A stretch of DNA of 64,000 nucleotides. It comes from an uncultured Verrucomicrobiota bacterium (GTDB lineage Bacteria; Verrucomicrobiota; Verrucomicrobiia; Limisphaerales; CAIMTB01). Made by a program: the position numbers and the translations under genes. Below the pieces are notes generated by a model. That model was not told the origin of the DNA. It saw only the letters and a program-made list of their open reading frames with translations, and made no database searches. This document shows, piece by piece, positions 31,301 to 40,572 of the stretch. Each line of letters begins with the position of its first letter. The stretch's first letter is position 1. The stretch lies in contig CALNYA010000048.1 of assembly GCA_942490575.1 (NCBI GenBank), positions 28,179 to 92,178 of the forward strand, written 5' to 3'.

Positions 31301-31430
31301 CGCGCAACGATTGGATGCGATTCACGCCGCCCAGTCTCGTCGAGGGTACGGGAATTGGCAATGTGGCGAGGCCGGGCCGCGAGCCGTGGGAAATCGTCCG
31401 GTCGAGAGACCCGACTCGTCCAAGGACCAT
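28317..31430 (-). CDS. Large LVIVD-repeat beta-propeller protein, secreted
   Basis: 1037 aa made of about 20 degenerate 45-aa modules of the form G.A..V.V.G..AYVA....GL.V.DVSDP..P. Examples are GLEIVDVSEPTRP, GMEIVDVRDPSQP, GLQVIDISDPTQP and VHVVDITDPTNP. A GTG at 31325 (VNRIQSLRGAIRFAALLHLVLA) is a plausible alternative start that gives a cleaner signal peptide. Confidence 0.8.
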   Translation of the reverse strand: MVLGRVGSLDRTISHGSRPGLATLPIPVPSTRLGGVNRIQSLRGAIRFAALLHLVLAARFTVGASEAHWDRDPIRVGLLTAYRGDLASKVVISGDHAFVGAGTIQVISLKDKTQPIVVGDYGDYTRIEGDLVLAGTVLYAGRGPGGLEIVDVSEPTRPLRLAQFGDHARAVAVNGNRACINTLNSIVLLDIGEPTHPKKLGECWITALGNAPIRGLAISGDHVFVANSSNGLAVVDFRVPTDPRVVGAFGTSGSAVGIRLVGTTGYIVTTEPELEIWDLANPSEPSRIGQIATTGIPSGVTVEGTLAYVALGSAGMEIVDVRDPSQPGRIGAFQIPSTTVSDIAVHSGVACVAGLAMGTYVVDVTEPSHPRSLGGTLSARSSHDIALAPPYAYLASARLGLQVIDISDPTQPRLIGQCEDASNARKLVLDGHHAYVASSTGTVHVVDITDPTNPVRIAGWETLGGTLGIRVKDGLAYVMAGTRGVQVTDVADPANPRILSADLPVWTTVYPRDIAVVGRHVLITDRFAGIRVFDVRDPSKPRLQTTFPAPGATSMAVSSTHAYVLVEVSLTTIDISNPASMFITDQRHPALAPSGVSIGGNFVTVFDSNHAVTVFDISVADSPKQVGWSPTIFQPYGVAIDGTRAYVAMNPWGLEVIDFSRQSHLQVLNRSEDMFAGVAVFVQDTTAYFVDIDQLFRIVDVGDPAQPRTLGSTPYQGFFPLSTVVSGGHAFIAGQGGLAVVDISDRSQPKFVQRINMLVQDATLATAGNLLYMVASPSYPLYESQRGNDGFLVYDITTPSNTVRLSRLKTTGHSHEVAVRDTHGYLADGPGGLAVLDLSNPLETTVIHRVPDTSGAIRVTLSDCCAFVLGTPDGVAIFDITDPVAPRRLGAFAQDINDTSGPVSPHLVNLALLGNLALVGSGWGSIGLFDVSDTSNPAHIGNFTSDLAFLFGPGSVYKDSVLILSNGPPLAFRPVFRSWTREDDALRIHWLAPRGTRLQALSPESPGGWKDIPGSRNATEMTLPATSIHQAFRLTSP

Positions 31431-31480
31431 CCGTCCACCGTCGCCCGGCGATAGGGATCGAAAGGGAAAACGTTCGACCT

Positions 31481-31519
31481 TAAAAAATGGAAAACCGCGC
31501 GGAGGGTTTCTCCGCGCGG
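31481..31519 (-). terminator. Rho-independent terminator of the atp operon
   Basis: On the minus strand, CCGCGCGGAG-AAACC-CTCCGCGCGG (a 10-bp GC stem) is followed by TTTTCCATTTTTTA. It lies 26 nt after the atpC stop. Confidence 0.75.
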
Positions 31520-31544
31520 TTTGGGATTCCGAAAGTGACTGGAA

Positions 31545-31958
31545 TCAGGAACTCCGGCCGCGGCGCTTGACCCTGAGTTGCGCCATGGAATTGGCCAGCG
31601 AGGCCTTGACCTTGGCGTGATCCTCGTCGCTCAGCTTCTCGGAGAGACGGGCCTCGGCGCGCTTGCGAGCCTCCTCGGCCTTGTTCTCGTCGATGTCATC
31701 CGCCTGGATCGCCATATCCGTCAGGATGGCGACGCGGTCGCCCGTGATCTGGACAAATCCCTCGCCCACGGCCAGGTGGAAATCGCGCCCTTCCTTCAGG
31801 GCGATGACCTCCCCGGCGGCCACTTGGGTGAGGAGCGGGACGTGCATCGGGTAGATGCCCATCTCGCCCTCGACGCCCGGCAGGGTCACCATGTCGACAT
31901 CCTCGGAGTAGATCTTGGCCTCCGGTGTGACGATTTCCAGTTTGAGCTGGTTGGCCAT
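31545..31958 (-). CDS. atpC: F1 ATP synthase subunit epsilon
   Basis: 137 aa. MANQLKLEIVTPEAKIYSEDVDMVTLPGVEGEMGIYPMHVPLLT is a typical epsilon N-terminal beta-sandwich. It is the last gene of the atp operon. Confidence 0.9.
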   Translation of the reverse strand: MANQLKLEIVTPEAKIYSEDVDMVTLPGVEGEMGIYPMHVPLLTQVAAGEVIALKEGRDFHLAVGEGFVQITGDRVAILTDMAIQADDIDENKAEEARKRAEARLSEKLSDEDHAKVKASLANSMAQLRVKRRGRSS

Positions 31959-32031
31959 CGGGTGTTTGGGGGCTAGGCGGTTGGGACGGAATCAGGATCT
32001 TCGGCCGGTCGATGAAAGGAGGGACCCGGGG

Positions 32032-33618
<1,587 letters not shown>

Positions 33619-34533
33619 TCAGGCGAGGGCCATGGCGGCGCTGGAGATCTCCAGGAGCTCGTTGGTGATGCTGGCCTGGCGCATCTTGTTGTATTCGAGG
33701 GTGAGGTCTTTGATGAGCTGCTTGGCGTTGTCCGTGGCGCTCTTCATGGCGACCATGCGGGCGCTGTGCTCGCTGGCTTTGGCTTCCAGGAGGAACTGGA
33801 ACATCTGGAAGTTCAGGTAGTGCGGGAGGAGGGCGGCGAACACGTCGGCGGGGGCCGGTTCGAAAAGGTACTCGAAGCTGCCGGCTTTCGAGTCGTCGGT
33901 CGCGGGGGCGGATGCGCCGGCGGCGCCGGCGGCGGCCTTGCCGAAACCGCCTTCGTTGAAGGCTTTGACGTCGCCGAGCGGGAGGAATTCCCGGATCTCG
34001 GGCTTCTGGGTCATGACGTTGATGAAGTTCGTGAACAGGACGTCGACTCCGGAGACCTCGCCCTTGAGGAAGAGGTCCTGGACGAACTTGGAGATGGCGC
34101 GGGCCTCGCTGAACTGGGGCGCGTCCCGGTAGGTGAATTCGGCGGCGAGGTTGCGGCGGATGCGCCCGATGAACTGGGACGCCTTGCGGCCGGCGGTGAC
34201 GTAGACCGTGGTGGCGTCGGCGCGGCCGGCCTCGCGGAGGAGGTTCGAGTTGAGGGAACCGCAGAGGCCCTTGTCGGTGCTGATGACGACGAGCGCGCGC
34301 TTGGAGCCCTCGGAAGCTTCGCGCTTCTCCATGAGCGGGTGGGTGAAGTCGCCGGCATGATGGGTCACGGAGGCGAGGACCTCGTTCATCAGGGCGGCGT
34401 AGGGCCGTCCGGCGAGGGCGGCCTGCTGCGCCTTGCGCATCTTCGCCGAGGCCACCATCTGCATGGCCTTCGTGATTTGCGCCGTGTTCTTGACCGACTT
34501 GATGCGTCGGCGGATGTCGCGTGTGCTGGGCAT
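33619..34533 (-). CDS. atpG: F1 ATP synthase subunit gamma
   Basis: 304 aa. The N-terminus IRRRIKSVKNTAQITKAMQMVASAKMRKAQ and C-terminus ITNELLEISSAA are gamma hallmarks. Confidence 0.95.
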   Translation of the reverse strand: MPSTRDIRRRIKSVKNTAQITKAMQMVASAKMRKAQQAALAGRPYAALMNEVLASVTHHAGDFTHPLMEKREASEGSKRALVVISTDKGLCGSLNSNLLREAGRADATTVYVTAGRKASQFIGRIRRNLAAEFTYRDAPQFSEARAISKFVQDLFLKGEVSGVDVLFTNFINVMTQKPEIREFLPLGDVKAFNEGGFGKAAAGAAGASAPATDDSKAGSFEYLFEPAPADVFAALLPHYLNFQMFQFLLEAKASEHSARMVAMKSATDNAKQLIKDLTLEYNKMRQASITNELLEISSAAMALA

Positions 34534-34543
34534 GCGACGGGGC

Positions 34544-36083
34544 CTATTTGTAGGTTTGCTTGAACTCGGTCACGGCCGCCTTGAGGGCGGCGGTGGTCGC
34601 GTCGCTGAAGGCTTTCTCCTTCAGGATCGTGGCGAGGAGCGCCTCTTTGCGGGTCTTGAGATGCTCCGTGAGCTTGCTTTGGAAGTCCTTCACCTTCTCG
34701 ACGGGAACATCATCGAAGAACGAATTCTGGATCGCCCACATGACGGCGGACTGGATCTCGACCGGGATGGGATTGTACTGCGGTTGTTTGAACAGTTCGA
34801 CGATGCGCTTGCCCCGTTCGAGTTTCGCCTGCGTGCCCGCGTCGAGGTCGGATCCGAACTGGGCGAAGGCGGCGAGTTCCCGGAACTGGGCGAGGTCGCC
34901 CTTGATCCGGCCCGCGACCTGTTTCATGGCTTTGATCTGGGCGGCGGACCCGACGCGCGAGACGGAGAGACCGACCGAGATGGCGGGGCGGACGCCCTGG
35001 AGGAACAGGTCGGTTTCCAGGTAGATCTGCCCGTCGGTGATGGAGATGACGTTGGTCGGGATGTAGGCGGAGACGTCACCGGCCTGGGTCTCGATGATGG
35101 GAAGGGCGGTGAGGGAGCCGTTGCCGCTCACCTCATTGAGGCGGGCGGATCGCTCCAGGAGGCGGCTGTGCAGGTAGAAGACGTCGCCGGGGTAGGCTTC
35201 GCGGCCGGACGGCCGCTTCAGGATGAGGGACACCTGACGGTAGGCGACGGCGTGCTTCGAGAGATCATCGAAGATGATGAGCGCGTCCATGGCGTTGTCC
35301 ATGAACCACTCACCCATGGCGCAGCCCGCGGACGGGGCCAGGTACTGTTCGGTGGCGGAATTGGAAGCCGACGCGACGACGACGATGGTGTAGGGGAGCG
35401 CGCCGTTTTCCTCGAGCACGTCGGAGGATGTTGGCGACGTTGGACTGCTTCTGGCCGATGGCGACGTAGATCGAGTAGATGGGCCGGAAGTTGGGGTCCT
35501 TTTCCTTGGCTTCCTCGGCGGCCTTGTTCAGGCGGGCATTGGAGATGATGGTGTCGATCGCGATGGTCGTTTTGCCGGTGGACCGGTCACCGATGATCAA
35601 TTCGCGCTGGCCGCGGCCGATCGGGATCATCGCGTCGATCGGCATGATGCCGGTCTGGACGGGTTGGGTGACGGACTTCCGTTTGATGATGCCGGGGGCG
35701 ATCTTCTCGACGGGGTAGAAGGCGGTTTCCTTGATGGCACCCTTGTCGTCGATCGGTTGGCCGAGGGCATTGACGACGCGGCCGAGAAGCCCCTTGCCGA
35801 CGGGCACCTGGAGGAGGCGACCCGTGGTGCGGACCTCCTGGCCTTCGCGGATGTGGGTGTAGTCGCCGAGAATGATGGCGCCGACCTCGGTTTCCTCGAG
35901 GTTCTGAACCAACCCGGTGATGCCGTCGCCGAAGTCGAGCATTTCGCTCATCATGGCGTCGGTGAGGCCTTCGACCTTGGCCACGCCGTCGCCGATTTCG
36001 CGTACGACGCCGATGTTTTGACGGGTGACGCCGGATTTGACCTGGGCGATCTGGGCTTCGATGTCCTGCAACAAGGTGCTCAT
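34544..36083 (-). pseudogene. atpA: F1 ATP synthase subunit alpha, interrupted by a single +1 frameshift near 35420
   Basis: Track ORF 35310..36083 is alpha-like up to ...[16 protein letters not shown] (Walker A GDRSTGKT). ORF 34544..35419 continues [39 protein letters not shown] in another frame. The junction reads AAC ATC CTC CGA CGT g CTC GAG GAA, one extra base. Confidence 0.9.
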
Positions 36084-36172
36084 GTCGTTGACGAGACTGG
36101 GAGGGGGGCTTGGGCGGCTGAGACGGTGTGAATCAGAAAATCAGTAGGTGAGGGGAGTTCGGGGCCGTCGAC

Positions 36173-36565
36173 CTAGAGGGCCTCTTTCAGCGCTTCCAGA
36201 CGGGCTTTGACGCTGCCGTCGTACACGTCGCTTCCGACGCGGATGCGGAGACCACCGAGGAGGCTGGGATTGACCCCGAACGACACATCGAGCCCCGGGC
36301 CGTAGCGGCGGGTGAGGGCGCCCTGGACGGCGGACACCAGATCGGGGCTGCTTTCGACGGCGTTTTCCACCCGGGCGCGGCGGCTTTCGAGATGAAGCTC
36401 CACCAGGCGTTGAAAATGGGTGAGCGTGGCGAGGTAACCGCGCGGCTTCCCTTCGATGACTCGGCGGACCGCATCGCGAACGCGCGTCTCGTCGAGGCGA
36501 CCGTCGACCAGGCAGACCCGTAACAGGGACTTGCCGTCGCGACGGGCTTGCTTGGTGATCTTCAT
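36173..36565 (-). CDS. atpH: F1 ATP synthase subunit delta (OSCP), short form
   Basis: 130 aa, positioned between atpF and atpA. The C-terminal pattern LLGGLRIRVGSDVYDGSVKARLEAL is typical of delta. It is shorter than the usual length of about 180 aa. Confidence 0.75.
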   Translation of the reverse strand: MKITKQARRDGKSLLRVCLVDGRLDETRVRDAVRRVIEGKPRGYLATLTHFQRLVELHLESRRARVENAVESSPDLVSAVQGALTRRYGPGLDVSFGVNPSLLGGLRIRVGSDVYDGSVKARLEALKEAL

Positions 36566-36599
36566 GGATCTGAGTAGCGGCGGGGGAGCGAGGCTCGGA

Positions 36600-37154
36600 T
36601 CAGGCCGCGAGTTGCTTGTTGGTTTCCTCGGCGAGACGGCGCTGATCCTCGACGGTCAGCACCTTGCCGGTCACGCGGGCGGCGAGGTCGACGGCGAGGC
36701 GGCCCATTTCGCGGCGGAGATCGAGCTTCATGCGCTCGTAGTCGGCCAGGGCGGCTTCGCGGGCCTTGGCGATGATCTGTTCGGCTGCGGCGATGGCCTT
36801 CTGGGTTTCCTGTTCCTGAACCTTGGCGGCGACGCCGCGGGCCTCCTCAATGAGTTTGAGGGCGTCCGCGTTGGCCTTCTGGAGCGTCTCCTTGCGGGAG
36901 GTTTCGGCTTCGGCGAGCTGCTGCTTGATCTTCTCCGCGTTGGCCAGGCCCTCGGCGATGCGGTGCCTGCGCTCCTCGAGGACGGTGAGGATCGGCTTGT
37001 ACGCGAAGCGATGAAGGAGGAACGCGACGATCGAGAAGCTGATGACCTGGGAGATGAACAACTGCCAGGTCACGCCGAAGGTCGCGGCGGTATCACCGAT
37101 CATCCCGCCGCCGCCGGCGGAAGCTGCCGCTGCCATCAAGAAGCTCGAGTCCAT
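36600..37154 (-). CDS. atpF: Fo ATP synthase subunit b
   Basis: 184 aa. It has one N-terminal TM helix followed by a long charged helix (EERRHRIAEGLANAEKIKQQLAEAE...). Its operon position fits subunit b. Confidence 0.85.
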   Translation of the reverse strand: MDSSFLMAAAASAGGGGMIGDTAATFGVTWQLFISQVISFSIVAFLLHRFAYKPILTVLEERRHRIAEGLANAEKIKQQLAEAETSRKETLQKANADALKLIEEARGVAAKVQEQETQKAIAAAEQIIAKAREAALADYERMKLDLRREMGRLAVDLAARVTGKVLTVEDQRRLAEETNKQLAA

Positions 37155-37238
37155 AACGTGTGCGTTTGCGTGCTGTGCCGGGGGATGCTGGGTGGGGAAA
37201 AGGGGGATGCGGGGGATGCCCGCACCCGTTTGGGACGA

Positions 37239-37457
37239 TTACTTGCCTCCCGTCAGGAAGATCGCGAAGAACACGATGCCTTCGGCGAAGGCGGTGCTCA
37301 GGATCGCCTGAACGAGGATCTTGGTGGCGGCGCCGGGATTGCGTCCGACGGCTTCCGAGGCCTTCATACCGATGATACCGACACCGATGGCGGCACCGAG
37401 GCACGCCGCGGCGATGTGGATGTTACCGGTCATTTCGGCCAGCATGAGGCTGAACAT
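37239..37457 (-). CDS. atpE: Fo ATP synthase subunit c
   Basis: 72 aa from ATG 37457 (MFSLMLAEM). A Gly-rich helix 1 (GAAIGVGIIG) and the essential carboxylate in helix 2 (AFAEGIVFF) are present. The track ORF is N-terminally over-extended to 37526. Confidence 0.9.
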   Translation of the reverse strand: MFSLMLAEMTGNIHIAAACLGAAIGVGIIGMKASEAVGRNPGAATKILVQAILSTAFAEGIVFFAIFLTGGK

Positions 37458-37541
37458 AGTCTGTTGTTGTCCTTTCTTTGTTGCAGCAGCGGCCCCCGCG
37501 GTCCTGCCACGGTCAGGCCGCCGCAATCTTTCGTTTGCCGG

Positions 37542-38462
37542 TCAGTGTTTCGCGGTCGCGTGGCCGTGAGCACTCCCATGGGCGTGTTCCTCGTCGTGCT
37601 GACAGATCAGCAGCGTGAAGACGGCCGTGAGGAGCATGAACACGAGGGCCTGGACGAGACCGACCAGCAGTTCCATGAAATAAAAGGGGATGGCGAGCAG
37701 CCAGCCCATCGACGGGCTGAGGGTGGCCATGGTTTCCAGCATGTTTTCGCCGGCGAACACGTTGCCGTAGAGACGGAAACTGAGGGAGACCGGCCGGAAA
37801 AGGATCGAAACGACTTCGAGAAGGCCGACCAGGATGAACACGCCGATCATCAGGATCTTGAGCGCGCCCGTGGTGTCGCCCTTGGGGCCGAAGATGTGGA
37901 GCAGGAAACCACCCGCGCCATTGGCCTGGAAGGCCCAGACCGTCCAGCAGGCGAAGAAGACCATCGACATCGCGAGGGTCATGTTCAGGTCGGCGTTGGA
38001 GCCGCGGAACAGGGGGTCGCTGAGGTGGCCGAGGTGGCCCTGGGCGTCCGGGTGGCCCCAACCGATGGATCCAACTCCGGGGATGAGGCCGAACCAATTG
38101 CAGGCCAGGATAAAGATGAACAGTGTGGCGAAGAACCAGAAGGTCTTCTTGACCAGGTCGGCGCCGATGATGCCTTCGAGGAAGTCGTGGAGGCTTTCGA
38201 CCAGCCATTCCCAGAAATTCTGGGCGCCTTGGGGGACCGCCTGGATGTTGCGGGTGGCGAACTGGGCGAAGGCGATGAGGACGATGGCCACGATCCAGGT
38301 CAGGACCATGGAATTCGTGATGGCGAATGGTCCGAGATGGGCGACCTGGGGGGCGGCGGTGGGCAAACCGGAATGCGCCGCGTGGGCCGAGTCCGCCGCC
38401 TGGGCCAAAAGCGGAAGCCCGAAGAAACAGGCGAAGAGGGCAGCGATTCGCAGCACGCGCAT
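37542..38462 (-). CDS. atpB: Fo ATP synthase subunit a
   Basis: About 306 aa from ATG 38462 (MRVLRIAALFACFFG). The conserved Arg region is LSFRLYGNVFAGE. It is polytopic and the first gene of the operon. Confidence 0.9.
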   Translation of the reverse strand: MRVLRIAALFACFFGLPLLAQAADSAHAAHSGLPTAAPQVAHLGPFAITNSMVLTWIVAIVLIAFAQFATRNIQAVPQGAQNFWEWLVESLHDFLEGIIGADLVKKTFWFFATLFIFILACNWFGLIPGVGSIGWGHPDAQGHLGHLSDPLFRGSNADLNMTLAMSMVFFACWTVWAFQANGAGGFLLHIFGPKGDTTGALKILMIGVFILVGLLEVVSILFRPVSLSFRLYGNVFAGENMLETMATLSPSMGWLLAIPFYFMELLVGLVQALVFMLLTAVFTLLICQHDEEHAHGSAHGHATAKH

Positions 38463-38618
38463 GGGTCGGGGTCGGGTCGGGGTTGGGTGTCGGTTGAGGA
38501 CGATTGGTGAATTCGTGGGCCGGACAGAGACCACAAAAACCACGCGCTGGCGAAACCATGTAATGGCCTCGTCAATGTGTTGATTCGGACCCCGCAACGG
38601 GGCGTGAACGTTGGCGAG

Positions 38619-38636
38619 TTGTGAAATTTTTCACAA
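38619..38636. promoter_or_regulatory. Perfect 18-nt palindrome matching the CRP/FNR-family consensus TGTGA-N6-TCACA
   Basis: The sequence is TTGTGAAATTTTTCACAA, lying between divergent atpB (start 38462) and the receiver-like gene (start 38702). It is an AT-rich island in GC-rich DNA. TAAAAC at 38654-38659 is a possible -10 element. Confidence 0.35.
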
Positions 38637-38701
38637 GCGATTTTTTCCACGGCTAAAACGCTTTTGCTTTCACGCGCGGGGACACCCAACCTTGTGGCGG
38701 A

Positions 38702-39076
38702 ATGACCAAGCCGCTGGCGGTGCTGTTGCACGAGAAAATGGTGCCGGGCTCCAAACTCGCGTCGAAATTCGAGGAGCTGGACTACCGGGTGGTGACGGTG
38801 GCGGACCCCGCCGAGCTTCCCGCGGCCGCGCGCCGCGAGGGGCCGATGCTGGTGGTGGCGGATCTGTCGAATCGGCGCGGGGACGTTCTGGCGGCGATTG
38901 AGGCCCTTCGAGCCGACGAGGCGACTTCCCACATCCCCGTCGTGGCCTACACGGCCCGCGAGGACGAGAAGCTGCGGGAAGCGGCGCTGAAGGCCGGTGT
39001 CAAGGTCCTGGCGACCGACACGACGATCGTGCCGCATCTGCCGCACTTCGTGGACCACGCGCTGTCGTTGGACTGA
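38702..39076 (+). CDS. Stand-alone CheY-like receiver domain protein with degenerate acidic pocket
   Basis: 124 aa with receiver-fold spacing. The phospho-Asp equivalent lies in LVVADL, Thr in VVAYT and Lys in AGVKV. The N-terminal DD pair is replaced by HE (AVLLHEK). Confidence 0.55.
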   Translation: MTKPLAVLLHEKMVPGSKLASKFEELDYRVVTVADPAELPAAARREGPMLVVADLSNRRGDVLAAIEALRADEATSHIPVVAYTAREDEKLREAALKAGVKVLATDTTIVPHLPHFVDHALSLD

Positions 39077-39096
39077 CCGCGGGACTGCGGGACCGG

Positions 39097-40544
39097 TCAG
39101 GCGAGGATTTCGCGGATCACGTGGCCATGGACGTCGGTGAGTCGCATGTCGCGCCCTCCGAAACGGTAGGTGAGGCGGGTGTGCTCGATTCCGAGGGCGT
39201 GGAGGAGGGTGGCATGGAGGTCGTAGATCTCCATGCGGTTTTCAACCGCCTTGTAGCCGAACTCGTCCGTCGCTCCGTAGGTGATGCCGCCGCGGAATCC
39301 CCCGCCGGCGAGCCACACGGTGAACCCGAAGGGATTGTGATCGCGGCCGTTGGCGCCCTGGGCGAACGGGGTGCGGCCGAATTCGCCCGCCCACAAGACC
39401 ACGGTGGATTCGAGCAAGCCTCGGGAATGCAAATCCGTCAGCAGGGCGGCGATCGGCTGATCGACGGCCCGGGCGTTGTTCTCGTGGCCCTCCTTGAGGT
39501 TTCCGTGCTGGTCCCACCGATCCCCCCCACTTGCGGGCAGGTGAGTTCGATGAAGCGCACCCCCCGTTCCACCAGGCGGCGGGCGACGAGGCATTGCCGG
39601 CCGAACGTGGCTGTGGGCGTGTAGGCCGCCTCCAACCCATAGGCCCTCCGGGTCGCCTCCGTTTCCCCTTGAAGCCCGACCAGTTCCGGCACCGCGGCTT
39701 GCATGCGGAACGCGAGTTCCTGGTTGGCGATGGCGGACTCGACGGCGTCGGCGGGTCCGAGGCGGTGGAGAAGGGACTGGTCCAGGGCTCGGACCAGGTC
39801 GAGTTTGCGCCGCTGCTCTTCCGGGGACGATTCCCCGGGTTGGACATTGGCGACCGGGACTTTTCCAGGCTTGAACAGGGAGCCTTGATAGGCGGCGGGG
39901 AGGAAGCCGCTTCCGAAGTTCTCGACGCCGCCCGGAGGGACGAGGCCGCCGTTCAGGACGACGAAACCGGGCAGGTTCCTGTTTTCGCTACCCAAGCCAT
40001 AGGAGACCCAGGATCCGGCGCTGGGGCGACCGACCAGGCCGAAGCCGGTGTGCAGGAAGTAGTTCGCGGACGTGTGTTCGGAGAATTCCGAGACCATGGA
40101 CCGGATCACGCAGAGGTGGTCGGCGCAGGCGCGGACATGGGGAAAGAGGTCGCTGACGGGCAGGCCCGATTGTCCGCCCGGAGCGAAGTTCCACGGGGAG
40201 GCCAGGGTAGCTCCGTTGTTGTTGAACTGGGTGGGCTCCATCTTCATCGCGAAGGGCTTCCCGTGGTCGGTGGCCAGGCGGGGCTTCGGGTCGAAGGTGT
40301 CCATCTGGGACGGGCCTCCGTCCATGTAGAGGAAGATGACGTTCCGGGCCTTGGGGGTGAAATGAGGGGCTCGGGACGCTCCGGTTTGGGCTGAAGTCGA
40401 GGCTGCCTCAATCGAGGCGCCGCCGAAGGCGCGATCCTGCCACAGCGCGGCGGCGGCGAGGGCGCCGAAGCCGTTCGCGCACCGGGCGAGCATAGCGCGG
40501 CGGGAGACGGGCGGGTTGCCGAGTCGTTGGCAGGGATAGGACAT
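39097..40544 (-). pseudogene. DUF1501 (sulfatase-like) protein, frameshifted in a C7 homopolymer
   Basis: ORF 39438..40544 has a Tat-like signal SRRAMLARCANGFGALAAAAL and FLYMDGGPSQMDTFDPKP, and is family-like up to [11 protein letters not shown] 39097..39594 continues ...[21 protein letters not shown] in another frame. The junction is the run of 7 C at 39522-39528. Confidence 0.85.
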
Positions 40545-40572
40545 GGCCGTGGATCGGTGGTCGCGGGAACGT

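Noticed and set aside
28317-31430. Periodic DNA pattern that might suggest a CRISPR or tandem-repeat array
   Set aside because: The periodicity is at the protein level (degenerate 45-aa LVIVD modules) inside one long ORF. There are no identical direct DNA repeats with unique spacers here or elsewhere in the window.
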